This document shows, piece after piece, positions 1 to 7,985 of a DNA stretch of 12,729 nucleotides. A model generated the notes under the pieces. It ran no database searches and was not told the origin of the DNA. It saw only the letters and a program-made list of their open reading frames with translations. How positions within the stretch are numbered: position 1 is the first letter of the stretch; each line of letters opens with the position of its first letter. Both the position numbers and the translations under genes were made by a program. The DNA is from Octopus sinensis (Eukaryota), in assembly GCF_006345805.1 (NCBI RefSeq), contig NW_021826499.1, positions 1 through 12,729 on the forward strand. Reading direction: 5' to 3'.

Positions 1-104
1 TGTTGTGTGCGTGAGGTAATGAGCCAAAAGAAGAACAAGACAAGAGGGACCAGTTGTTTTATCAGAACTGCTTTTACTATAACACATGGATGGGAGGGAA
101 GGTG

Positions 105-144
105 TCTTTTAGCGTTTCGGATGCTAGTCCTTCATCAAAAAAAA
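105..144 (-). ncRNA. Degenerate minimal type I hammerhead ribozyme motif (PLE-type)
   Basis: Minus strand reads U-run / UUGAUGA / A / GGA-CUAGCA-UCC / GAAAC / GCU / AAAAGA. The core has C3U, stem II is 3 bp and stem I is U-run:AAAAG. The cleavage triplet is GCU rather than NUH, so it is probably inactive. Confidence 0.5.
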
Positions 145-175
145 AAAACAAAACAGAACTAGAAAAGTGACACAT

Positions 176-594
176 AGGCGCAGGAGGGCTGTGTGGTAAG
201 TAGCTTGCTAACCAACCACATGGTTCCGGTTTCAGTCCACTGCGTTGCACCTTGGTCAGGTATCTTCTACTATAGCTCGAGCCGAACAAAGCCTTGTGAG
301 TGGATTTTGTGACGGAAACTGAAAGAAGCCTGTCGTATATATGTATATATATATATAAGTGTGTGTGTGTGTGTGTTTGGTTGTGTGTCTGTGTGTGTCC
401 CCCTAGCATTGCTTGACAACCGATGCTGGTGTGTTTATGTCCCTGTCACTTAGCGGTTCGGCAAAAAGAGACCGATAGAATAAGTACTGGGTTACAAAGA
501 ATAAGTCCCGGGGTCGATTTGCTCGACTAAAGGCGGTGCTCCAGCATGGCCGCAGTCAAATGACTGAAACAAGTAAAAAAGAGAGGAAAAAGAG
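176..594 (+). mobile_element. tRNA-derived SINE, family A, near full length with an internal (TA)/(TG) microsatellite
   Basis: A-box-like GGCTGTGTGG at about 187 and B-box-like GGTTTCAGTCC at about 228. The 3' half matches 11064-11285 in reverse. Ends in an A-rich tail. Confidence 0.85.
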
Positions 595-782
595 TATTCG
601 CAGGGGTAGCACTGACCCCCTCATGGATAGCACTGATCTCCTCAATAGTGCACCCTCAGATTTACAGTGGTACACTTATTTCGAAAACACCCACTTTGGC
701 GTTATTACAAATTAGTGCCCACGCAGAATATTCTGAGCCCCCACCCCACCCAACACCAGGGATCAAAAATTTTTTTAAAGCT

Positions 783-823
783 TGGTTCTTTTCTATCGGT
801 CCCTTTTGTCGAATCGCTAGATA
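783..823 (-). mobile_element. Short SINE family A fragment
   Basis: ttctatcggtccctttt-gtcgaatcgcta matches the reverse complement of 456-482 and 11185-11213. Confidence 0.5.
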
Positions 824-874
824 ACAACAACCAGAACAACAGTGAAAACAACAACATTGACAAAACTAAGTGGG

Positions 875-1063
875 GTTAAAGGGGAACGCAAGGTACTCCA
901 CGCACGACGACACATCGTCCTCTACCGGAGACCCATTGATGGTGCCTTCGTCTTAACACACTCCAGGGACGAGGCGATCAGGACCCACAATATCTTTAAC
1001 AGCTTCCATCACGACATCCAATTCGACGTACGAAACCCCGTTGCCGGAGATACACTAGCGCAT
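875..1063 (+). pseudogene. Decayed Penelope-like reverse transcriptase fragment (palm motif C to start of thumb)
   Basis: Frame +2 gives LYRRPIDGAFVLTHSRDEAIRTHNIFNSFHHDIQFDV...DTLA. This resembles the PLE pattern YxRYxDDxF...FNxxHPxIxF...LxFLD, but the catalytic YxDD is mutated to PIDG. Confidence 0.55.
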
Positions 1064-1121
1064 TAACCAAAGCATTGATAACAGCAACAACCACAGCTAC
1101 GACGACGACAACATCAATATA

Positions 1122-1382
1122 TTTCTTTATTGCCCACAAGGGGCTAAACATAGAGGGGACAAACAAAGATAGACAAAGGGATTAAGTCAACTACATCGAC
1201 CCCAGTGCATAACTGGTACTTTATTTATCGACCCCAGTGCATAACTGGTACTTTATTTATCGACCCCGAATGGATGAAAGGCAAAGTTGACCTCGGCGCT
1301 GTTTGAACCCAGAACGTAACGACAGACGAAATACTGCTGAGCATTTCGCCCGGCGTGCTAACGATTCTGCCAGCTCGCCGCC
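1122..1382 (-). mobile_element. tRNA-derived SINE, family B, full length with an internal 32-bp tandem duplication (1195-1258)
   Basis: Reverse complement of the unit at 5619-5839. Head GGCGGCGAGCTGGCAGAATCGTTAG, tail AGCCCCTTGTGGGCAATAAAGAAAT. Confidence 0.9.
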
Positions 1383-1703
1383 CATCAATAGCAGTGACAA
1401 ACATACCAGCCGAGGTGTTCGCAGCCAGATGGAATTTATGATAAACAGTTGCTGTTAATATGTTTGTTCTGTGATATGAGACTGGCCAGTTAGAGCTATA
1501 CTTTTCAAGACGAAGAAATGTTGAAAGGCAATCTAGGAAAACCGAAAGTGAAACAGATTCTCCCTTCGTCTTTCTAAACCAAAGAGAAAGTTTAAAAGAC
1601 GGGAAGGAGGAGGAGGAGGAAGAGGAGGCTGCGGCAATCTGTTCATTGTTATTGCAAGTTGGTTATCCTTAGAATGTAAATAATGCTTCATCTAACGAAA
1701 CAG

Positions 1704-1813
1704 AGAGAGAAAGAGAGGGAGACAGAGAGAGAGAGGGGGAGAGAGAGAAGCAGACTGACAGACAGGCAGATAGACAGACATAGGCAGAATGTGTGTGTGT
1801 GTGTGTATGTGTG
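1704..1813. repeat. Compound microsatellite (GA)n/(GACA)n/(GT)n
   Basis: Read directly from the sequence. Confidence 0.9.
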
Positions 1814-1980
1814 TAACTTATCTCTTACCACCACTCCACCGCCGTCACTCCCACACCACCAAGCCTATCACTAAAGGTAAAGATACTGTTTCTTAAGAAT
1901 GTAATCTTTACCTGCATACAGCTTCAAAGTGGGAGGGAGATAACATACCTGTTACTTCGATCTTCTGCAATTGCTGCAAC

Positions 1981-2080
1981 ACTGGCAGAATCGATAGAGC
2001 GTTGGACAAAATGCCTAGCGATTGTTTCTCTTGACTTATTACTAAGTTCAAACCTCATCCGGGTCGACTTTTCTTTTATC
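1981..2080 (+). mobile_element. Diverged 5' fragment of a family-B-like SINE
   Basis: ctggcagaatcgatagagcg...aaatgcctagcg...agttcaaacc...ggtcgactttt aligns with the SINE B head. Confidence 0.55.
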
Positions 2081-2088
2081 CAGCGCTG

Positions 2089-2517
2089 GGATGTTTTTGC
2101 TTTGACCGGCAGATTTTAAAAATAATTTCCATGTAACTAAAAAATTTTAAACTTCGTATACTGGTAGAATGTGTTTATAAAACATCTTTTTCTCTTGGCT
2201 TTCTTGAGAAAATTCTATAGTTTGTAAGATATTTTCTTCAATTTCTGCAATTTCAACCAATCAATGACGTCTATTGAGGTAAAAAAAAACATTCTGTGCC
2301 ATATATGTCCCTCGTTTAAAAAACAGATTGGGTTTATTTACATTTCTGAAGAAAAAAAGATACCCTTCCCCCCATCCAACCCTAACCCCCACCCCTAACC
2401 CTAACCCTAACCCTAAAACAGATTGAAATGCAATAGATCGATTCTAGGGTCATAATTATGGGTGACAATTTCATATGACACCGCTAGAAAAAACTGCCGT
2501 TCAAACCGAAAAGATCC
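2089..2517 (+). mobile_element. Non-autonomous TIR DNA transposon, copy 1 (left TIR decayed, no TSD)
   Basis: Colinear with 4809-5221. Right TIR intact, left TIR carries about 5 mismatches. Internal (CCCTAA)4 at 2393-2416. Confidence 0.85.
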
Positions 2518-3084
2518 AACAAAAAACAAAAAGTGACGGGAAAGTCTTCTAGAGAACAACATGTCTGAGAAAGAAGGATTTAGTTTGGGGTTTGGCAAAT
2601 GAATGGAAAAAAAGTAAATAAACAGTTTGAGTCTAGAAAGGGATTTGTATGACTGTTCAAAAGAAAAAGGAACAGTTGTTATAGTGGTAGGGCGTCAAGT
2701 TTATCCAACAGACAAACGTCTTTTATTTTTTGACGGGCATAAACTAGAATGAAAGCGTGAGTAAGATAGCCGTACTGTTCTATGTATATATGTAATTTGC
2801 ACTTAATGTAGGACACACTTGTGCTTTGTGGAAGGCCAACGACAACTCAGAGTTGAAGTGTCATTGACTCTTCACCCTGAAGTTTGACACAGTAGCTTTT
2901 TCCTTGTTTAAGAGTACTTTCAGACAATTGACATAATGGAAAAACTGAAGTTTCAGTTGTGAGGTTATGTAATTTAAAATGGCGTTCGAAAAGTGTATGA
3001 AACAAGACGTTGTCAGCTTTAACGTCTTCTATTCAATGCATTTCGTGTTTCAAATGTTGAGCCTAAATAATTAATTGTTGCTGT

Positions 3085-3198
3085 TAGTCTCATTATCATC
3101 ATCGTTATCATCGTCGTCGTTGTCGTACTGCTGCTGCTACTGCTGCTACTACTACCACCACCACCACCACCACCACCACCACCACCACCACCACCACC

Positions 3199-3236
<38 letters not shown>

Positions 3237-3412
3237 CACTACTACTACTACTACTACTACCACTACCACTACTACTACCACCATCACCACCACCACTACT
3301 ACTACTGCTACCACCACCACCACCACCACCACTACTACTACCACCAGCACCACTACCATCTCTACCACCACCACCACCACCACCACTACCACTACCACTA
3401 CTACTACTGCTA
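3085..3412. repeat. Compound trinucleotide microsatellite (CAT/CGT/CTG/CTA/CCA)n
   Basis: Read directly from the sequence; it accounts for the homopolymeric ORFs at 3019-3458. Confidence 0.95.
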
Positions 3413-3512
3413 TTCATATGGGTTAGTCATAAGTAGAGCAGCCCCTAAGACCCCTTAACAGTTGTAATTGTTATTGTGGCCATCGTCGTCATCGTTGTTG
3501 CCATCGTTATTG

Positions 3513-3648
3513 TTGCCTTTCATCCTTTCGGGGTCGATAAACTAAGTACCAGTTACGCACTGGGGTTTATGTGATCGACTTAAACCCTTTGTCTGTCCTT
3601 GTTCGTCCTCTCTATGTTTAGCCCCTTGTGGGCAATAAAGAAATAAGA
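3513..3648 (+). mobile_element. SINE family B, 5'-truncated
   Basis: ttgcctttcatcctttcggggtcgat...agccccttgtgggcaataaagaaataag matches the 3' half of the other family B copies. Confidence 0.85.
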
Positions 3649-3649
3649 T

Positions 3650-4445
3650 ATGGTGTGTGGTGTGTTGTACGACTAAAGGTACGGCGTGTGATGTGCAGTG
3701 TGACTCTGAAAATATGACGTGTTGTGTGACACAAAATATAGTGTGTAGTGTAGTGGAGGCGCAATGGCCCAGTGGTTAGGGCAGCGGACTCGTGGTCATA
3801 GGATCGCGGTTTCGATTCCCAGACCGGGCGTTGTGAGTGTTTATTGAGCGAAAACACCTAAAGCCTCACGAGGCTCCGACAGGGGATGGTGGTGATCCCT
3901 GCTGTACTCTTTCACCACAACTTACTTCCTGTTTCTGTTGTACCTGTATTTCAAAGGGCCGGCCTTGTCACTCTCTGTGTCACGCTGAATATCCCCGAGA
4001 ACTACGTTAAGGGTACACGTGTCAGTGGAGTTCTCAGCCACTTACACGTTAATTTCACGAGCAGGCTGTTCCGTTGATTCGGATCAACCAGAACCCTCGT
4101 CGTCGTAACCGACGGAGTGCTTCCATCCACCAGTGTGTAGTGTGACACAAGATATGATGTGCAGTGAGTTGTGTCTCGCAAAATGTGGTGTGTCGTGCAA
4201 GTCAAGGTACGGTGTGTGATGTGTAGTATGACAATAAGGATATGACGTGTGGTGTGACATAAAACAGCGTGGAGTGACTTAAAGCATGATGTATGATGAT
4301 AGATGACATGGTGTGTCGTTTAAGGTGTCACACAGGACGTGGTTCGTAGTGTGTAGTGTGACACGAAATATAGTATGAAATATACAGTGTGACACTAAGG
4401 ACATGGTGTGTTGTGTGACACAAAATATAGTGTGTAGTATGTAAT
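3650..4445. repeat. Degenerate minisatellite array (about GTGTGTAGTGTGACACAAAATATA), interrupted by a SINE at 3753-4131
   Basis: Recurring tgtgacac(a/g)aaatatagtgtgtagt units at about 3724, 4132, 4349 and 4412. Confidence 0.7.
3753..4131 (+). mobile_element. tRNA-derived SINE, family C, full length
   Basis: A box TGGCCCAGTGG at 3765-3775, B box GGTTTCGATTCC at 3808-3819. Candidate 12-bp TSD AGTGTGTAGTGT at 3740-3751 and 4132-4143, ambiguous because the target is itself a repeat. Confidence 0.88.
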
Positions 4446-4475
4446 GTAACAACAGGTGAATGTAATTTTATTTCA

Positions 4476-4565
4476 TTATATTACGTTTCGAGTTCAAATT
4501 CTGCCGAGGTTGATAACATAAGTAGTTGAGTACTGGGGTTGGTGTAATCTACTTACCCCATCCAA
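4476..4565 (+). mobile_element. Internally deleted family-B-like SINE fragment
   Basis: acgtttcgagttcaaattctgccgaggttga...aagtagttgagtactggggttggtgtaatc resembles the family B body. Confidence 0.5.
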
Positions 4566-4645
4566 GAGTTCATAAGTCAGATAAAACAAGCACCCGTGCA
4601 TCTGCTAATAAAGTGGGTATATTATCCGAAGTGTATAGTGTTATA

Positions 4646-4725
4646 TACCAATCAGTTTCGCACTAGGGATTCAACGGAGTATTAGGTAATAATCCTATTA
4701 TGTAACTCTGCGCTCATCAAAGGTA
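4646..4725 (-). ncRNA. Hammerhead-like motif with a non-canonical junction, nested in a 26-bp inverted repeat (4621-4646 / 4756-4781)
   Basis: Minus strand: UACC-U-UUGAUGA-GCGC...GUGC-GAAAC-UGAUU-GGUA. Stem II GCGC:GUGC with an inner GAGU:ACUC helix. C3U, and no clean register for the stem I/III junction. Confidence 0.45.
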
Positions 4726-4808
4726 GCCGATATGGGGTGAAATATGGCAGTCGCCATATAATTCTCTACACTTCGGATTATATATATAGCAATATAAAAT
4801 AACAACTC

Positions 4809-5221
4809 GGATCTTTTCGGTTTGAACGGCAGTTTTTTAAAAATAATTTCCACGTAACTAAACACTTTTAAACTTCATATACTGGTAGAATGTGTTTATA
4901 AAACATCTTTTTCTCTTGGCTTTATTGAGAAAATTCTATGGTTTGTAAGATATTTTCTTCAATTTCGGCAATTTCAACCAATCAATGATGGCTATTGAGG
5001 TGAAAATTTTTCTGTGCCGTATGAATATGTCCCTCGTTTAAGAAACAGATTGGGTTTATTTACATTTCTGAAGAAAAAAGATACCCTTCGCCCCACCCCT
5101 AACCCTAACCCTAACCCTAAAACAGATTGAAATGCAATAGATCGATACTAGGGTCATAATTATGGGTGACAATTTCATATGACACCGCTAGAAAAAACTG
5201 CCGTTCAAACCGAAAAGATCC
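4809..5221 (+). mobile_element. Non-autonomous TIR DNA transposon (MITE), copy 2, complete; 8-bp TSD and GG termini (Merlin-, hAT- or Mutator-like)
   Basis: Perfect 29-bp TIR GGATCTTTTCGGTTTGAACGGCAGTTTTT / AAAAACTGCCGTTCAAACCGAAAAGATCC. TSD AACAACTC at 4801-4808 and 5222-5229. (CCCTAA)4 at 5097-5120. Confidence 0.92.
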
Positions 5222-5594
5222 AACAACTCTAATCTGGTGAAAACTAAATGCATTTTAATAACATTTTGTGCACATGTTCTCAATTAGCTTTCTTGTAAGA
5301 TTATTCTATGAATCTGTCTCCAGCTTGGATGCCTAATTCACTGCGGGACCGGAATTACATGCCTGAACTAAATAGTCGTTTATTGATTTCGGATATCACC
5401 TGGACATTGAAGCTGTAGTATTGTGAAGATGTCAGTTAGTCTCTCTTTCAACAATGCCTTCGGGGGGTCTGAAAGAAATAAAAACCTTTCAGGTAATTTG
5501 AAAAGAGTAACATACTGATACGTAAGTGTCCTCAGATGCTCCTCGCATCTGTGTAATTCAACGAAATGAAATAGCAATATATATGCAATTATCA

Positions 5595-6136
5595 GAGCTG
5601 GCAGAATTGTTAACAGAAAGCGGCAAGCTGGCAGAATTGTTAGCACACCGAGCGAAATGCTTAACGGTATTTCGTCTGCCGTTATGTTCTGGGTTCAAAT
5701 TCCACCGAGGTTGACTTTGCCTTTCATTCTTTCGGGGTCGATTAAATAAGTACCAGTTACGCACTGGAATCGATATAATCAACTTAATCCGTTTGTTTGT
5801 CCTCTCTGTGTTTAGCCCCTTGTGGGTAGTAAAGAAATAGGTATTTCGTCTGCCGTTACGTTCTGAGTTCAAAATTCCGCCGAGGTCGACTTTGCCTTTC
5901 ATCCTTTCGGGGTCGATTAAATAAGTACCAGTTACGACTGGGGTCGATATAATCAACTTAATCTGTTTGTTTGTTCTCTCTGTGTTTAGCCCCTTGTGGG
6001 TAGTAAAGAAACAGGTATTTCGTCTGCCGTTACGTTCTGAGTTCAAATTCTGCAGAGGTTGACTTTGCCTTTCATCCTTTCGGGGTCAATTAAATAAGTA
6101 CCAGTTACGCACTGGGATCGAGATAATCAACTTAAT
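5595..6136 (+). mobile_element. Head-to-tail tandem array of SINE family B (one full copy plus 1.7 headless 174-bp units)
   Basis: GGTATTTCGTCTGCCG recurs at 5666, 5840 and 6014 (period 174). The head is partly duplicated at 5595-5614. Confidence 0.92.
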
Positions 6137-6145
6137 ATATATATA

Positions 6146-6686
6146 AACTGTATACCTTTGATATACACTGTATTAAAAGCTACGACACTTGGCAAGGCAA
6201 GTTTTCATAATAAGCCTTCTTTCTCTTAGCAATGCTCATGCTCATGCACATGGTCTGTTCTGTTTGTAAATCAGAACACTGGTACATGAAAAACCACAAG
6301 AAAAAGGGAGAACAAGGTCGATGAAAAAGGTGGAAGGTTGAATTTAAACGGGAAAAATGAAAGAAAATTAGAGTTACATCCTCTTTGACTGAGGAAGTTA
6401 CTATTAAACTAGTTGTTGTTGGATAATTCAACGGTGAGAGTTCAAAAGTCTGCGAGACAGCTGCTCAAAAAGGAGAAAGTGATATCCTTCAGTTCACAGA
6501 AAAGAAATTTCTTCATATGCTTACATTTGGGGAAAATTTCGGATCTGCAATTAAGTAGTTTGGTGGAACTCATATCTAAAAAGAATGTTCAATCTTTCAG
6601 CTATGTATAAGTTGCGTATCTTAGATCCATGTAGCATATCGCATGGATTTCTCTACGATTCTTCACTCGATTCTATGTTGTGTGAT
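6146..6686 (-). mobile_element. 5'-truncated, decayed Penelope-like element: GIY-YIG C-terminus (6686-6442) plus 3' UTR; possibly Naiad-type
   Basis: Minus-strand translation with two frameshifts gives IE(W>*)RIVEKS..Y..GSKI(C>R)NL(C>Y)IAERLNIL...KLLNCRSEIFPKCKHMKKF, ending at TGA 6444-6442. This fits the IxWxI...CxLCxxEK...LLNxRSE...KCRH endonuclease tail. Both ends abut (TA)n. Confidence 0.65.
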
Positions 6687-6688
6687 AT

Positions 6689-6755
<67 letters not shown>

Positions 6756-7315
6756 GATATTAGGGAGTATAACTCCAAACCTACAGGGAAAAATTCAATT
6801 TAGTATTAAATCAAATTTCACAATATGAATATATAATATATAAATTAGAAAAATATTACTTATTATATACTTATGATATATTGATTATTCATATTTATAC
6901 TTTTTGTGATCTAGTTATATGTTTTATAAAAATATATTTTATTTATGATTTGGTTTATGTCTTTCATAGTTTGAATTGCATAATAGTGTTTTTTCTCTCA
7001 TTTATATATATTATATATATATATATATCTCAATATATAATAATAATATTAGGGAGTAAAGCCAAACTTACAGGGAAAAATTAGATTTTATCTCTAATTT
7101 AATATATATATATATATATATAATATATATATATATAATATATATATATATAATCAGCCGAAATTGCAAGGATGATCTGATTCTTGACTGAAGATTAGAG
7201 GCTTTGAATGACCCGTCCGTTTTTTTTTGTATCGTCTATTTGAATGTTTTGTGTTCTTGTCCCATTTTGTATTTTTATATATATATATTATTGCAGCGTA
7301 CGTACACCTTATTCT

Positions 7316-7364
<49 letters not shown>

Positions 7365-7371
7365 TATATAT
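6686..7371. repeat. AT-rich region of (TA)n tracts separating short element ends; includes a ~45-bp direct repeat ATATTAGGGAGTA..CCAAAC.TACAGGGAAAAATT at about 6755-6797 and 7046-7082
   Basis: Read directly from the sequence; each copy of the repeat follows a (TA)n/(TAA)n tract. Confidence 0.75.
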
Positions 7372-7372
7372 A

Positions 7373-7980
7373 GTTGAGTACAGAAATTCGGGGTGAGTAC
7401 TTGATAATTGTAAGCACCTGTATATACCGTTAGGTGGTGTAGGTGGTGGAGTAAATTGATCAAAATAAAAACATGATGTCAAGGATTCAGCGGTACATAT
7501 GTTTCGGGCCTTTATTAGACAGATTTATAACAATGCATAATGTATGTCTGTGGCCTTCTTCAGCCGCGCACAACAACTTCCACAAGGACATGTGTTACAT
7601 CAAAAATTCTTGGTTGGGGATGCAAATCCTCTCATTCGCGTACGACATAATGCGGCAACAGCATAGAATTGAAGCGTCCATCTCGTTCTTCTCTCAATGT
7701 AGAATGAGGAAATTTGGATGTTGAAGTAATGTAAATAAATTAATAAATAAATACATATATAGACGTGAAGGGACCTGGTAATAAGAGTAAATAGGGGTAA
7801 AGATGGAGGGGCGAGAATTCAGGACGAAGGATAAAAAATATATAAAAAGTGTAAGTATAGAAAAATATAAAAGTGTAGAGTATAAAGATATAAAGAGATA
7901 TAAGGAGATATAAAGGGGATATAAAGAATATAAAGAATATAAAGAAGATAAAGAAGATATAAAGGGGATATAAAGGTACA
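7373..7980 (-). mobile_element. 3' UTR / pseudo-LTR of a Penelope-like element (inferred from its hammerhead), ending at (TA)n
   Basis: Pyrimidine-rich on the minus strand with 9-12 bp TTTATATC repeats (7880-7980). Canonical hammerhead at 7490-7567, then 121 nt to the (TA)n tract. No coding sequence present. Confidence 0.6.
7490..7567 (-). ncRNA. Type I hammerhead ribozyme, canonical core, long stem II insert
   Basis: GCGG-CUGAAGA-A-GGCC[41 nt]GGCC-C-GAAAC-AUAU-GUA-CCGC. Stem I GCGG:CCGC, stem II GGCC:GGCC behind an A.C mismatch, palindromic stem III ACAUAUGU. Predicted cut after GUA, between 7494 and 7493. Confidence 0.85.
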
Positions 7981-7985
7981 TATAT

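Noticed and set aside
1875-1913. Hairpin AGGTAAAGAT...ATCTTTACCT with a central palindrome
   Set aside because: An isolated 10-bp stem with no context; expected occasionally in AT-rich DNA.
2346-2440. CTGAAGA...GAAA in the MITE copies (also about 5068), and similar core-like words at about 5530(-), 6389(+), 7190(+), 9073(-) and 11985(-)
   Set aside because: No supporting stems I-III or NUH triplet.
2780-2835. ICT*CRTHLC resembling a piggyBac Cys-rich tail
   Set aside because: Contains a stop, and no upstream transposase similarity or TTAA/TIR was found.
3019-3458. Three overlapping ORFs (poly-S/G, poly-H/Y, poly-V)
   Set aside because: Translations of a compound trinucleotide microsatellite; no coding signal.
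3753-3830. tRNA gene calls for the SINE heads (also 176-245 and 10727-10800)
   Set aside because: A/B boxes are present but there is no complete cloverleaf, and the sequence continues into SINE bodies.
5400-5468. Possible 69-nt phase-1 host exon on the minus strand (tttctttcag|...PPKALLKERLTDIFTILQLQCP...|gtgata)
   Set aside because: Good acceptor but weak donor, no recognisable protein and no partner exon. RNA-seq or homology would be needed.
5666-6136. CRISPR-like or telomeric interpretation of the repeats
   Set aside because: Eukaryotic SINE tandem units have no unique spacers, and the (CCCTAA)4 tracts are internal to a MITE, not a chromosome end.
6179-6230. Relic hammerhead in the 3' UTR of the 6146-6686 element (GCUA:UAGC and AAGGC:GCCUU stems, GUC)
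   Set aside because: Both core strands are unrecognisable; too degenerate to call.
6180-6290. Possible terminal exon CSDLQTEQ...YYENLPCQVS*
   Set aside because: Lies within the inferred 3' UTR of the decayed PLE; no homology recognised.
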